Of a stretch of 64,000 bases of DNA, positions 1 to 10,813 are shown one piece after another. This DNA comes from Elusimicrobiota bacterium. Its GTDB lineage: Bacteria > Elusimicrobiota > Elusimicrobia > F11. The notes beneath the pieces were generated by a model. It was not told where the DNA came from and did no database searches. It saw only the letters and a list, made by a program, of their open reading frames with translations. Every line of letters starts with the position of its first letter. Positions within the stretch are counted from its first letter, which is position 1. Location: the NCBI GenBank assembly GCA_044221725.1, contig JBGAON010000002.1, forward strand, positions 481,455-545,454, written 5' to 3'. The position numbers and the translations under genes were made by a program.

Positions 1-2672
1 CAGGCGCTATTTCGCGGGTTTCTGAAAGCTCTTCGCATTTGGCCGGAGAGGGCAAAGATCTTAATTTGCAATCGGTGTTTCATTTGCTGGATTGGCCCGC
101 TAAGTGGGAAGGGGAGAGCAATGCAACATTTCGCGTGTCGGGCCCTTCGAACAATCTGGTTTATGGCATCGCGTTCGATGGCCATCATGATGGGTTTGGT
201 CCATTTCCGTTGGGCGGTTCGCTGAAAGGCCAAATCACCGGCAGAGGCGGACAATGGGATTTGGCGGGCATCCGGGCAGAAAGCGGTGACGGCTACCTCG
301 CCTTGCTGCCAGGAAGCAAAATTTATTTAGAGAGAAACGGTGCGGGTACCATGCAAATCATCGCGGACTCACGAAACCTTCGCGCCGGCTTGCTGTCTTT
401 TTTTGGGGGAGCGGAGGTAACCGGAAGTTGGAAGTCAAATTCCGAAAATCCGGCGGAGCCGCATTCTCCCATCGAACTGGACATCTTTGCTCGGTCTCTT
501 TGGGTCAATCAATACACGCTGGACGGAAATGTTACGCATCTCACTTTGAAGCCGGGCAAAGTCGAGTTTTCACCAATCGTGGGAAGTGGCCAACAACTTT
601 CCGGAGTGATGGTGTACGCCGATTACCCAACTCTTGAGATGAACGATTTTAAGCTGACCGACAACGGCACAGAGAAGTGTTTTCTCAATGGTTTTATTGG
701 CCCTGATAAATGGGATTACAATTTGCGGCTGCATCATTTCGATGCGGGGATTATGCGAAGCCTTTTTGATACGACGATGCCGATTTCCGGTTTCATGGAT
801 GCGGAACTCAAAGGTTCGGGAAATTTAAAAAATCCCGTACTCGCCGGAGATGTCTCATTAGCGGACGGGCGGTTTGATGCGCTTCCGATTGATAGTGCTC
901 AGGCCAAGCTCAATTACAAAAACGATATCCTGGAAATTAAGGATCTTAAAGCCACTCGGAAAAAGGGGTACGTGTTGTCCGGAAGATTTCGTATCGGTTT
1001 GCATTCGGATGAGAAAAAGGCAATTCCACCGGAAATGGATTTGGTCGTAGAAAAAGGCGATTTGGCCATGTTGCAAGACATGTGGCCGGACATCACCAAG
1101 GCACGAGGTTCCTTCACCGCACGATTTCAGATGGGAACACGGTCGTGGGGACGTTCGGTGTCCGGATACTTAATAGCCGAAAAGGTTCTTATTCAATCCG
1201 CGTACACGCCGAGTTTGTCAAAGGGCGAATTGAAAATTCGTCTCGATAAGAACCGTTTGCACGTGGAGCAGGCACACGCGAAACTGGGGGATGGAAATCT
1301 CGCGTTAACGGGTTACGTGGACTTCACAGAGGGTATGCCGGATTTCTACAACCTCTCGCTGCGTTCCGAAGGGGAAAACGGAATCTCTATTCGTGTGCCG
1401 CAACTCTCGATCTCTCCGGGCCCGTTTCTAGGTCAATTCGGTATTCTGAAACGTCGTTTGGCGGGGAGTTCGCGGGGCGAGCCGCTTGTTAATCTGTTGC
1501 TCAAGGGGCCCGCGTCGGCACCGCTGCTTGCCGGGACAATCGAATTAGAAAACACATTTTTCACCTATCCGCCCACGGCATCTCTCGGATACGAGAAGAA
1601 AAATACGGCTTTCCGCCGTTGGTTCAAAGACTTTCAAGAGAAATTGAGATGGGACGTCTCGCTCGTCGCCGGTTCGCGCACGTGGTATCAGAACGAGCTG
1701 GTGGACGCAAACGTGACCGGCAATATTCATTTTGTCGGAAACACGAACGATATGGACGTGAGCGGTCGAATCAATACGCAACAGGGCAGCATTGTTTATT
1801 CCGGGAATGAATTCCGTATTAAAGAGGCGACGCTCGAACTCGAAACAAAAAGTCCTGCCATCGAAGATACCAGCTCGAAACACGTTTATGTTTATTTGAA
1901 AGCGACCGCCGAGAAAGATGTCTATTACACCGATGGTCTCTCGAATAACAATCAAGACACGATTGTAATGGTGGTGGATCGATCGCTGATGGGAGAAATC
2001 CAGCCCCGGTTTTACTCCCGTTACAATCCGAACCTGTCGTCTCAGCGCGCGCTGCAGTTGGCATTGGGGTTGCCGCTCAGTGAGTCGGTCGACACCAATA
2101 GCTTGTTACCCGATCAGCGCGCCACGCACCAAAACGAAAAGGAAGACAACGACAAGTTGCTGCGGTTGGGTCTCGTTCAATTATTGGATTCGAGTCTCGC
2201 CTCGCCATTGGCGCGCGCGCTCGCACGAAACACGGGTCTCGTGGACGTCATCCGTATCAGCTATCAAGGCGATGATCCAAACATCGCCAACGAAGTGCCG
2301 GTGGGAGATCAAGCATCGTCCAACAACATTACGCAGAACCAGTTTCTCAAATACGCGAAAGGCACGAAGGTCAAGTTTGGCCGAGGACTATCAAGTCGTT
2401 TGTTCGCCGACTATAGTGTTCGGGTTGATGAGTATCAAAACCAAGTCGATCTGCGGCATGAAGTGGAGCTTTCGTATCAATTGAAAAGAAATCTGTACCT
2501 GCGTGGGATTTCCGAACTCGACAACGAACACCAACTGGGTCGCGCGCCGGACCGTCGTGCAATATTGGAAAACCAATGGCGCTTTGGCTTGCCAAAGAAC
2601 AAAAAGCCGAAGACGCCGAGAGATACAAAGGGATCCTTGGTCCCCGCGAAATCCGCCACAAAACCCACCTAA
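1..2672 (+). CDS. tamB: TamB-like translocation and assembly module protein, C-terminal part (5' end outside window)
   Basis: The frame is open from base 3 with no upstream stop, so the listed TTG at 39 is internal. The 877 aa are beta-rich with a DUF490-like C-terminus. It sits directly upstream of bamA, as in many phyla. Confidence 0.7.
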   Translation, partial: GAISRVSESSSHLAGEGKDLNLQSVFHLLDWPAKWEGESNATFRVSGPSNNLVYGIAFDGHHDGFGPFPLGGSLKGQITGRGGQWDLAGIRAESGDGYLALLPGSKIYLERNGAGTMQIIADSRNLRAGLLSFFGGAEVTGSWKSNSENPAEPHSPIELDIFARSLWVNQYTLDGNVTHLTLKPGKVEFSPIVGSGQQLSGVMVYADYPTLEMNDFKLTDNGTEKCFLNGFIGPDKWDYNLRLHHFDAGIMRSLFDTTMPISGFMDAELKGSGNLKNPVLAGDVSLADGRFDALPIDSAQAKLNYKNDILEIKDLKATRKKGYVLSGRFRIGLHSDEKKAIPPEMDLVVEKGDLAMLQDMWPDITKARGSFTARFQMGTRSWGRSVSGYLIAEKVLIQSAYTPSLSKGELKIRLDKNRLHVEQAHAKLGDGNLALTGYVDFTEGMPDFYNLSLRSEGENGISIRVPQLSISPGPFLGQFGILKRRLAGSSRGEPLVNLLLKGPASAPLLAGTIELENTFFTYPPTASLGYEKKNTAFRRWFKDFQEKLRWDVSLVAGSRTWYQNELVDANVTGNIHFVGNTNDMDVSGRINTQQGSIVYSGNEFRIKEATLELETKSPAIEDTSSKHVYVYLKATAEKDVYYTDGLSNNNQDTIVMVVDRSLMGEIQPRFYSRYNPNLSSQRALQLALGLPLSESVDTNSLLPDQRATHQNEKEDNDKLLRLGLVQLLDSSLASPLARALARNTGLVDVIRISYQGDDPNIANEVPVGDQASSNNITQNQFLKYAKGTKVKFGRGLSSRLFADYSVRVDEYQNQVDLRHEVELSYQLKRNLYLRGISELDNEHQLGRAPDRRAILENQWRFGLPKNKKPKTPRDTKGSLVPAKSATKPT

Positions 2673-2716
2673 AAACTGCCCTTTTGTTATAATCCAGCCT
2701 TCTTGCTTCTCGATAC

Positions 2717-5179
2717 ATGAAAGTAATTCAAAATCAATATAAATCAACGATCTTTTGGGTCGTCTGTTTCGTGCTTTTCTTTGGTCCGTGTTTCTCCATT
2801 GCCGCTGAAGATTCGACAGATGTTAATTTGTCGTCTCCTACCGCAAAAACCGATGACTTACCATCATTGCCACAAGCAATTTCCGAGATCACGTTCGAAG
2901 GGAACAGCATTAACAAATCGAGCACGTTGGCTCGAAAAATCAAGTCGCGGAAAAATCAGCTTGTCGACAAAAAGAAACTTCAGGCGGACATCAAAATTCT
3001 TTATGAAACCGGGGATTTCGAAGATGTTTCCGTTGATATTACGCCGCTATCAAAAAAGGATTCCAAAGGACGCTACTTAAGTCGCGTTACGTTCCGGGTC
3101 GTCGAGCGCGCCATCATCAAGCGAATCGATTACAAAGGAAACCGCAAAATAAAAACGTCGTCCTTTGAAGAAAAAGTTCAGTCAAAAGAGGGCGAACCGT
3201 TTGATCGTTATAAAGCCTCGCTCGATGAGCGCTCCATCCTTGAACATTACCGTGACGAGGGTTACGCAAAAGCGCAGGTGGAGCACTACACGACGCTGGA
3301 TTCCAAGAAAAAGCAGATTTTGCTCACGTTCTTCATTGTCGAAGGTGAGCGCGTGATGGTGAAATCTCTGTCTGTGAAAGGAACGACGGTCTTTAGCGAG
3401 AAGAAAATTCTCAAGCAGATGGAAACACGACGCAAGAAGGTTTTTAAAGAGGAGCTTCTCCGCGAAGACCGAAACAGAATACTCGCGTTTTACCGGAATC
3501 ACGGCCATTTGGACGTTGCTGTTTCAAGCCCCGTGATTCACATTGACGAAGACAAGAACGAGGCGAACATTGAATTGAGCGTCGATGAAGGTCCCAAATA
3601 CAAATTTGGGGCGATCACGTTCACGGGTTCCACAATTTTTAAGGACAAAGAACTGCGCAAAGCGCTTGTTGTAAAGCCCGGTAAGGAATACCAGCAGAAC
3701 AAATTTGATGAATCTATTTCCAATGTAAACTCGCTTTACGCCGACAAAGGTTACCTGCGCACCGAAGTTAATGCTGAGCCAAAACGCAACAAGGATTCGG
3801 GCACCGTCGATTTCGATGTAACGATCCGCGAGAGCTCCATTGTGTACGTGGATGGCGTGTACGTTGACGGAAATACCTACACAAAAGATTATGTGATCAA
3901 GCGCGAAGTTCTGCTTAAGCCGGGCGATGTGTTTTCAGCGAGCCGGATGCGACGTTCCGTCGAACGAATTTACAATTTGGGTTTTCTCGAAGACGTTAAC
4001 GTTGATGTGCAGCAGCCGCGCGATCCGAATTTGGCGGATCTCATATTTTCCGTAAAAGAAGGAAAACCGGGCGTGTTGTCCGCCGGGGCCGGTTTTTCAA
4101 GTGTGGACCGATTTGTCGGTACCCTGCAGGTTCAACACTCAAACCTTTTTGGTCGCGCGCAACGGCTGGATCTCACATACGAATTTGGTGCGCGTCGACA
4201 GAACTTCAGTATCGGTTGGACCGATCCGTGGTTTTTGGGTTACAACATGTCGGGCGGCGTGGATTTGTTCAATACGATTCGCGTTCGAGACTATCCGGGC
4301 TTTCGCAGTTCGTTCCGCGAAAAAAGACGCGGTGCCGGCTTCCGCCTTGGCCCTCGGATCACCGACGACACTTCGCTTTTATTTTCTTACACTCTGCAGA
4401 CAACGGAAATATTCGACGTTGATGCTTCCATTAAACAGGATCTGTTCCCAACGTTTGGTATCCCCAAGGACCAAGCGCTTCAAACGGATTCCATTTCGCA
4501 GCTTAAGTCCAGTTTGATTTCGGAAGTCGCAACCGATACGCGGGACAACAAATTTGATGCATCCCGTGGTTCGCGCAACACCGCATCGGTAGAAACAGCC
4601 GGCGGACCATTTGGTGGCGAAATTAATTATTACAAGCCTCAAGTAACGTCATCGTGGTATTTTCCAACGTTTTGGAAATTTGTTTTTTCGCTTAGCGGGC
4701 GTGTTGCGTGGGTGAATTCGTTTTCTCCGTCGAACGATGTGCCGTCCTCAGAACGATTTTTCTTAGGAGGACCTGATACGATTCGCGGTTACAACAATAA
4801 TTCGATCACGCCGCGGGTTACGGAGCGGAACGATTTTGGCATTGAGGAAACCAGTCAGATTCCCGGCCGCATTCTCACGCTGTTCAACGCCGAATACAAA
4901 TTTCCAATTGTGCAGGAGCACAACAAAACAATTTTCCAAGGCGCATTTTTCTTGGACGTCGGCGGAACCTGGCTGCGCACCGGCGACATTGATTTTACGA
5001 CGGGCAAACTGGATAACCGAATGAAAGCTGGCGTCGGATTTGGTTTCCGTTTCAAAACACCAGTTTTCCCGATTCGTTTGGACTTTGGTATCCCGCTGAA
5101 TCCGCGCAACACCGATAACACGCGGCAAGGCGATTCCCATGGTATTCAGCCGTACTTCACGATTGGAAATATTTTCTAA
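2717..5179 (+). CDS. bamA: Outer membrane protein assembly factor BamA (Omp85)
   Basis: 820 aa with an N-terminal signal peptide (MKVIQ...FSIAA), POTRA-repeat region and a C-terminal beta-barrel ending in aromatic GNIF. Followed by skp and lpxD, the canonical neighbourhood. Confidence 0.92.
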   Translation: MKVIQNQYKSTIFWVVCFVLFFGPCFSIAAEDSTDVNLSSPTAKTDDLPSLPQAISEITFEGNSINKSSTLARKIKSRKNQLVDKKKLQADIKILYETGDFEDVSVDITPLSKKDSKGRYLSRVTFRVVERAIIKRIDYKGNRKIKTSSFEEKVQSKEGEPFDRYKASLDERSILEHYRDEGYAKAQVEHYTTLDSKKKQILLTFFIVEGERVMVKSLSVKGTTVFSEKKILKQMETRRKKVFKEELLREDRNRILAFYRNHGHLDVAVSSPVIHIDEDKNEANIELSVDEGPKYKFGAITFTGSTIFKDKELRKALVVKPGKEYQQNKFDESISNVNSLYADKGYLRTEVNAEPKRNKDSGTVDFDVTIRESSIVYVDGVYVDGNTYTKDYVIKREVLLKPGDVFSASRMRRSVERIYNLGFLEDVNVDVQQPRDPNLADLIFSVKEGKPGVLSAGAGFSSVDRFVGTLQVQHSNLFGRAQRLDLTYEFGARRQNFSIGWTDPWFLGYNMSGGVDLFNTIRVRDYPGFRSSFREKRRGAGFRLGPRITDDTSLLFSYTLQTTEIFDVDASIKQDLFPTFGIPKDQALQTDSISQLKSSLISEVATDTRDNKFDASRGSRNTASVETAGGPFGGEINYYKPQVTSSWYFPTFWKFVFSLSGRVAWVNSFSPSNDVPSSERFFLGGPDTIRGYNNNSITPRVTERNDFGIEETSQIPGRILTLFNAEYKFPIVQEHNKTIFQGAFFLDVGGTWLRTGDIDFTTGKLDNRMKAGVGFGFRFKTPVFPIRLDFGIPLNPRNTDNTRQGDSHGIQPYFTIGNIF

Positions 5180-5193
5180 AAAGGGAGAAAGAC

Positions 5194-5823
5194 ATGATGC
5201 GACGAACGAAATGGCTCACGTTAGTAAGCGCTCATTTAATCGCGTTGGTAACGTGTGCAAACGCGCTTGATATTCCTTTGACCGGTGGCTCAGACACGGG
5301 CACTTCCATAAAGATTGGCTTTGTTGATATGGACAAAATATTCCAAGTCTATCCGCAGACGCAGTCCGCTAAAGAAGATTATGCGAAGCAGCTTAAAAAG
5401 AAACGTGAACAGCTTGCCGCGAAAGAAAGCGAATTGAAGGAAATAGAAGGAAAAATTTCCGTTTTGGAATCAACAATGAAACAGGGCGCTTCAGCACCCC
5501 CGCCGCCAACGGATTCGGCCGATCCGAACACAAAGGCGAACGGCGACTCCTTAACGAATGTTTCGCAATCGGTTGACAATATGAAAAGGGATCTTGATAC
5601 GCGCAAACAGGAGCTCGAAGATCTCCGCAAGCAGGCAAAGGCCGACCTTGCCACGTTTGAAAGCCAACAGAGCCAATTGATTCTCGGGAAAATTTATCAG
5701 GCGTTGCGGGACGTGGCCGTCGAAGAGCAAGTCACGGTCGTTGTCGACAAAGCCAGCATTCTCTACGGTGATGCATCCATTGATCTTACCGACAAGCTTC
5801 AGCAACGTGTGCGAGGTTATTGA
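5194..5823 (+). CDS. skp: OmpH/Skp periplasmic chaperone
   Basis: 209 aa with a signal peptide and a coiled-coil-rich OmpH-type sequence. Conserved position between bamA and lpxD. Confidence 0.85.
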   Translation: MMRRTKWLTLVSAHLIALVTCANALDIPLTGGSDTGTSIKIGFVDMDKIFQVYPQTQSAKEDYAKQLKKKREQLAAKESELKEIEGKISVLESTMKQGASAPPPPTDSADPNTKANGDSLTNVSQSVDNMKRDLDTRKQELEDLRKQAKADLATFESQQSQLILGKIYQALRDVAVEEQVTVVVDKASILYGDASIDLTDKLQQRVRGY

Positions 5824-6855
5824 GTGAAATTAACCAGCAAGCAATTGGCCACGCTCGTTAATGGAAAAATTAGTGGCGATGAAACCATCGTCATTGAGGG
5901 CGCGGCCGGACTCAGCGAAGCCAAACCTTCGGACGCGAGCTTTGTTCGCGACGCAAAGAACGCCGCTGCTCTTAAGGCGCTCAAAAATTCTGCGGCCGGT
6001 GTCGTGATTGTCCCCGAAGGTTTTACCGCCAATGGCAAAACGATCATCGAAGTAAAAAACCCAATTGGAGCGTTCGCCGTTCTGCTTGAACAAATTTCCT
6101 GCGAAAAAAGTGAAAAACACACGCGCGGCGTCCACGCGACAGCCGTCGTGGATGCAACAGCCAAAATTGGAAAAAATGTTTTGATCGGACCCCATTGCGT
6201 GGTGTCGGCCGGCGCCACCATCGGAGAAAACACAACCTTGATGGCGCAAGTTTATGTCGGAACCCGTTCCAGTATTGGAGCCGACACGTTGGTTTATCCG
6301 CAAACCGTGATACGAGAAGATGTGTCTATTGGAAATCGCTGCATTATCCATGCGGGAGCTGTGATTGGCTCAGACGGATTCGGTTTCTATTTTGCGAACG
6401 GGAAGCACAACAAAATTCCACAGATCGGGAAAGTCATTATCGAAGATGAAGTGGAGATCGGATCGTGCACAACCATCGATCGTGCCACGACGGGCAAAAC
6501 ATGGATTCGGACCGGATCCAAGATCGACAATCTCGTTCAGATTGCTCACAACGTCGAAGTGGGGCCGCTCGCATTGCTTGTTGCTCAAGTTGGAATTGCG
6601 GGTTCAAGCAGAATTGGACAGGGAGCGGTGCTGGCCGGACAGGTTGGCGTGGCCGATCATATTACGATTGGGGCCGGCGCGCAGGTGGGCGCGCAATCCG
6701 GTCTACGAGAAGATGTGCCGGCCGGCGCTGTTATGTTCGGAACACCAGCGCAACCGATTCAGGATACGCTTCGCCAAACTCTTTTAATTCGGAAGCTGCC
6801 CGATTTGTTTAAAGACATAAAGACTCTCAAGGAGAACCAAGCAAAAAATGACTGA
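5824..6855 (+). CDS. lpxD: UDP-3-O-acylglucosamine N-acyltransferase
   Basis: GTG start immediately after the skp stop. N-terminal LpxD domain followed by long left-handed beta-helix hexapeptide repeats. Confidence 0.92.
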   Translation: MKLTSKQLATLVNGKISGDETIVIEGAAGLSEAKPSDASFVRDAKNAAALKALKNSAAGVVIVPEGFTANGKTIIEVKNPIGAFAVLLEQISCEKSEKHTRGVHATAVVDATAKIGKNVLIGPHCVVSAGATIGENTTLMAQVYVGTRSSIGADTLVYPQTVIREDVSIGNRCIIHAGAVIGSDGFGFYFANGKHNKIPQIGKVIIEDEVEIGSCTTIDRATTGKTWIRTGSKIDNLVQIAHNVEVGPLALLVAQVGIAGSSRIGQGAVLAGQVGVADHITIGAGAQVGAQSGLREDVPAGAVMFGTPAQPIQDTLRQTLLIRKLPDLFKDIKTLKENQAKND

Positions 6856-7702
6856 CGCTGCTTTTCAGAAGACAATTCAAAAACCAATCACGATCAAGGG
6901 CGTTGGTTTGCACACGGGGCGAAAATGCAAAGCCACCTTCCTTCCAGCGGAACCAAACACCGGCGTCAAATTTGTCCGCACGGATATTTCCGGGAACCCG
7001 ACATTCGACGTGAAAGTTGAAAATGTCGTGGACGTTGTTCGGGGCACAACGCTCGGGATTGGTGAAGCTCGCGTTTATACGATCGAACATATTTTATCAG
7101 CGATGAACGGACTTGGCGTCGACAACCTAGTTATCGAGATGGATGACAACGAACCCCCGGTTCTGGATGGCAGCGCAAAAGGATTTGTCGACGCGCTTAA
7201 GCAGGCTGGAATCGTGGAACAGGGCGTCGCGAGGAACTTCTTCTCCGTATCGGCACCGATTGAATACAAAGCAAACCAAACCGTGATTCGGATAGAGCCG
7301 AGCGATCATTTCGAAATTGAATGCACCGTGGATTACAATCATCCCATGATTCGTGATCAACGTTTCACCTACAAAGCGGGCGACAATTACGAGAGGGAAA
7401 TCGCGCCGGCACGCACGTTTTGCTTTGACTACGAGATTGAGGCGCTCCGGAAAAACGGCTTGGCAAAGGGAGGATCGTTGGATAACGCCATCGTTGTCGG
7501 TCCCGATGGAATTTATAACGCGGATACGGCGTTGCGTTTCCCAAACGAATTCGTTCGCCACAAAGTGCTCGATCTTATGGGAGACCTCATGTTGCTCGGA
7601 GCTCCCATCCGCGCAAGAATTGTTGCGGAAAAATGTGGTCATGGCCACAACATAAAGTTTTTGAGGCAGTTGATTAAAGAAGCACAACCGCTTCGCGCTT
7701 AA
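6848..7702 (+). CDS. lpxC: UDP-3-O-acyl-N-acetylglucosamine deacetylase
   Basis: 284 aa. Start ATG overlaps the lpxD stop (ATGACTGA). Typical LpxC N-terminus ([17 protein letters not shown]) and HKxLD motif (HKVLDLMGD). Confidence 0.93.
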   Translation: MTDAAFQKTIQKPITIKGVGLHTGRKCKATFLPAEPNTGVKFVRTDISGNPTFDVKVENVVDVVRGTTLGIGEARVYTIEHILSAMNGLGVDNLVIEMDDNEPPVLDGSAKGFVDALKQAGIVEQGVARNFFSVSAPIEYKANQTVIRIEPSDHFEIECTVDYNHPMIRDQRFTYKAGDNYEREIAPARTFCFDYEIEALRKNGLAKGGSLDNAIVVGPDGIYNADTALRFPNEFVRHKVLDLMGDLMLLGAPIRARIVAEKCGHGHNIKFLRQLIKEAQPLRA

Positions 7703-7722
7703 ATAAATTCAAAGGAGATTTT

Positions 7723-8193
7723 ATGGAAACATCAGGAGCCAAACCAACGGTTATTCGATCGCTTGACGTGTTGAAGATTATGGAAGCCATTCCACATCGA
7801 TTTCCCTTTTTGCTTGTGGACCGGGTCGATGTAATTGAAGAAAACAAGATAGCAATCGGCCGCAAGTGTGTCACGATGAACGAACATTTCTTTCAAGGGC
7901 ATTTTCCAGGCCATCCGATTATGCCGGGCGTCCTTATTGTTGAAGCGCTCGCTCAAACAGCGTGCGCACTGATGTTTTCGCAGCCGGAATTCAAAAATAA
8001 GCTGGCGTTTTTTATGGGACTTGAGGAAGTAAAATTCCGTCGTCCCGTCGTTCCGGGGGACGTGCTCGAACTTCACATCGAAATGCTGCGCGCGGGTTCG
8101 CGTGCGGGAAAAGCGAAAGGCACCGGAAAAGTTAACGGCGAAGTGACCACCGAAGCCACTTTTTCCTTTGCGATCGCGGACCGAGCCCACTAG
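7723..8193 (+). CDS. fabZ: 3-hydroxyacyl-ACP dehydratase FabZ
   Basis: 156 aa hot-dog fold with motifs [11 protein letters not shown] and [19 protein letters not shown]. Confidence 0.95.
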   Translation: METSGAKPTVIRSLDVLKIMEAIPHRFPFLLVDRVDVIEENKIAIGRKCVTMNEHFFQGHFPGHPIMPGVLIVEALAQTACALMFSQPEFKNKLAFFMGLEEVKFRRPVVPGDVLELHIEMLRAGSRAGKAKGTGKVNGEVTTEATFSFAIADRAH

Positions 8194-8199
8194 TTCTTC

Positions 8200-9018
8200 A
8201 TGTCCATCCACGCGTCTGCCATTATCGACTCCAAAGCAAAAATCGGAAAAGATGTTTCGATTGGAGCATTTGCTGTCATTGGACCCGATGTGGAAATTGG
8301 CGATGGGTGCCGCATTTGGTCGCACACGACGTTGGAGCATGTGACGCTTGGACAGAAGTGCGAAGTTTATCCGCAAGTATCGCTCGGCTTGGCGCCGCAA
8401 CATTTGAAGTACGCCGGCGAACCAACGCGTCTTGTTGTTGGGGATCGGACCGTTTTCCGCGAAGGCGTCACTGCGCATCGCGGAACCGCGCTGGACAAAA
8501 GTCTCACGAAAATCGGGAGCGATTGTTATTTCATGGCGCTCTCGCACATCGCGCACGATTGCGTGATCGGCAACAACGTTATCATGGCAAACGCGGCACA
8601 ATTGGCGGGCCACGTGACGGTCGGCGATAATGTTTTTATTAGCACGATGGTTGGCGTGCATCAGTTTGTGCGCATCGGTAGAGGAGCGATGATTTCGGGC
8701 GGAGCCATGGTTCCAATGGACGTGGCGCCTCATTGTGTCGCACAAGGTGACCGCGCAACGGTTAAGGGTTTGAATATTGTTGGAATGCGCCGAATGAAAA
8801 TGTCGCGAGACGACATACGACAGGTGAAAAACGCGTACCGCGCGATGTTCTTCGATAATCTTTTGTTGGACGAAGCCGTTCGGACACCGGAATTGAATGT
8901 GCCGAACGCGCACGTGAAAGCGTTTCGCGAATTTTTTATGGAACCAAAACGCGGCTTTTTGCGACCCGCGAAAAGCGGCTCGGAATCCGAATCGGAAACG
9001 GAGGAAGCGCTTTCGTGA
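8200..9018 (+). CDS. lpxA: UDP-N-acetylglucosamine O-acyltransferase
   Basis: 272 aa hexapeptide-repeat acyltransferase with an LpxA-type C-terminal helical domain. Position after fabZ. Confidence 0.93.
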   Translation: MSIHASAIIDSKAKIGKDVSIGAFAVIGPDVEIGDGCRIWSHTTLEHVTLGQKCEVYPQVSLGLAPQHLKYAGEPTRLVVGDRTVFREGVTAHRGTALDKSLTKIGSDCYFMALSHIAHDCVIGNNVIMANAAQLAGHVTVGDNVFISTMVGVHQFVRIGRGAMISGGAMVPMDVAPHCVAQGDRATVKGLNIVGMRRMKMSRDDIRQVKNAYRAMFFDNLLLDEAVRTPELNVPNAHVKAFREFFMEPKRGFLRPAKSGSESESETEEALS

Positions 9019-9830
9019 AGCCGCTTGGACTTTTGGCAGGCAACGGCCGTTTTCCGTTTCTTGTTGCGCAAGAGGCCCGCAAGCATGGTCGCCGCGTGGT
9101 GGCCGTGGCGTTCAATGGCGAAGCCGACCCGGCGCTTGAACAGGTGGTCGACAAAATTTATTGGATGTTCGTTGGACAGTTGAACAAATGGGTTGAGACC
9201 TTTAAAAAGGAAGACGTTACCGAGGTTGTTATGGCGGGCCTGGTTCGTCACAGCAATATGTACGCCGACTTAAAAAAATTTCATCCGGATATGCGTGCAC
9301 TAAAATTGTTCTGGAAATTGCGCGACCGGAAAGCCGATACCATCCTCGGCGGACTTGCTGAAGAATTGGCGAAATCGGGCCTGACACTGATGCCGTCAGT
9401 CGCGCATTTGTCTCACCATTTAGCGACCAAAGGAGCCATGACCAAGCGAAAGCCAACATCCGATGAGCAAGCCGATATCGAATTTGGGTTTCGTCTCGCG
9501 AAGTCAATCGCCGGATTGGATGTTGGTCAGACGGTCTGCGTCAAAAATAAGGCAGTGATTGCGGTGGAAGCGATGGAGGGAACCGATCGTTGCATTCGGC
9601 GCGCTGGAGAGATTGCGCAAGGGAATTTTGTGGTCGTGAAGGTTTCAAAACCGAAACAAGACTTGAGGTTCGACGTGCCGGTGATCGGACTCAATACCGT
9701 TGAGAATTTTCAAGAAGCGGGCGGAGGAATTCTTGCGATTGAAGCAGGCAAAACGCTGGTGCTCGACCGAGAAAAACTGATCGATTGGGCCAACAGCGAA
9801 AAGATTTGCATCGTGGGGGTGGAATCATGA
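9015..9830 (+). CDS. lpxI: UDP-2,3-diacylglucosamine hydrolase LpxI (DUF1009 family)
   Basis: 271 aa. GTG start overlaps the lpxA stop (GTGA). DUF1009-like sequence located between lpxA and lpxB as in LpxI-containing lineages. No LpxH in the window. Confidence 0.8.
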   Translation: MKPLGLLAGNGRFPFLVAQEARKHGRRVVAVAFNGEADPALEQVVDKIYWMFVGQLNKWVETFKKEDVTEVVMAGLVRHSNMYADLKKFHPDMRALKLFWKLRDRKADTILGGLAEELAKSGLTLMPSVAHLSHHLATKGAMTKRKPTSDEQADIEFGFRLAKSIAGLDVGQTVCVKNKAVIAVEAMEGTDRCIRRAGEIAQGNFVVVKVSKPKQDLRFDVPVIGLNTVENFQEAGGGILAIEAGKTLVLDREKLIDWANSEKICIVGVES

Positions 9831-10813
9831 CGAAGATTGGTGTCGTCGGCGTTGGTCACCTCGGTCAACATCATGTGAAGCATTTGGCGAATATTCCCGA
9901 ATGCCAGCTCATGGGAATTTTCGATATGAACATGGATCACGCGAGCGACGTTGCCGAGAGGAATCGCACGCGCGTGTATCACTCAATTAACGAAATGGCG
10001 AACGAGTGCGAGGCGGTCACGATTGCCGTTCCAACGCCGGCGCATTTCGAAGTGGCGAGATTTTTCTTATCCAAGGGCATCCATGCGCTCGTTGAGAAAC
10101 CATTGACGGCCACCGTGAAAGAAGCCGAGCAGCTGATCGATATTTCTCGGAAGAACGGTTTGGTTCTGCAAGTTGGTCACATTGAACGATTCAATCCCGC
10201 GGTGCGGGAAATGGCGAAATACATCAACAAACCAGCGTTTATTGAAGTGAATCGGCTTGGTCCTTACGATCCCCGAGTATCCCATGTGGGCGTTGTGCTC
10301 GATCTGATGATTCACGATCTCGACATTGTGCTATCCCTTATTAATGAGCCGGTTGTCCGCCTCGATGCGATCGGTGGAAAAGTAATTAGTGATCACGAAG
10401 ACATCGTGAAGGCAACGCTCTATTTTCAAGGTGGTTGCCGCGTTGATTTGTCAGCGAGCCGAGTGACGCTTAAAAAATATCGAAAGATTCGCGTGTTTCA
10501 ACCGGATTCCTACATCTCGTTGGATTATTCGGAACGATCGCTGAAGATTTACAAGAAACGCGGGCCTGTTTTGAAATCATTGCTCGACATCGATGTTATT
10601 CGCCCGCGTCTTAAAAAGGAAGATCCGCTCGAGCAAGAGCTCCGTCATTTCATTTATTGCGTGAAAACCGGAAAGCGACCGCTCGTTAGCGGCGAGCACG
10701 GCCGGGATGCGTTGGAGCTGGCATTCGATATTCTTGAAAACATGGCGACACACGATGCTCCGCACATGGCCGCCGTCCATCTGCCGCCAAAGAAGGAAGA
10801 AGTTTCCAAATGA
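9827..10813 (+). CDS. Gfo/Idh/MocA-family NAD(P)-dependent oxidoreductase (GnnA-like candidate UDP-GlcNAc 3-dehydrogenase)
   Basis: N-terminal Rossmann motif (MTKIGVVGVGHLGQHH) and a Gfo/Idh/MocA C-terminal domain. The likely start is ATG at 9827, overlapping the lpxI stop (ATGA); the ORF track lists 9785. Its stop overlaps the lpxB start. Confidence 0.75.
   Translation: MTKIGVVGVGHLGQHHVKHLANIPECQLMGIFDMNMDHASDVAERNRTRVYHSINEMANECEAVTIAVPTPAHFEVARFFLSKGIHALVEKPLTATVKEAEQLIDISRKNGLVLQVGHIERFNPAVREMAKYINKPAFIEVNRLGPYDPRVSHVGVVLDLMIHDLDIVLSLINEPVVRLDAIGGKVISDHEDIVKATLYFQGGCRVDLSASRVTLKKYRKIRVFQPDSYISLDYSERSLKIYKKRGPVLKSLLDIDVIRPRLKKEDPLEQELRHFIYCVKTGKRPLVSGEHGRDALELAFDILENMATHDAPHMAAVHLPPKKEEVSK

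Noticed and set aside
7732-8913. A 393-aa ORF on the minus strand, antisense to fabZ-lpxA.
   Set aside because: Arg/His-rich, low-complexity translation typical of the antisense frame of a GC-balanced coding region. It fully overlaps two strongly conserved genes. No start context.
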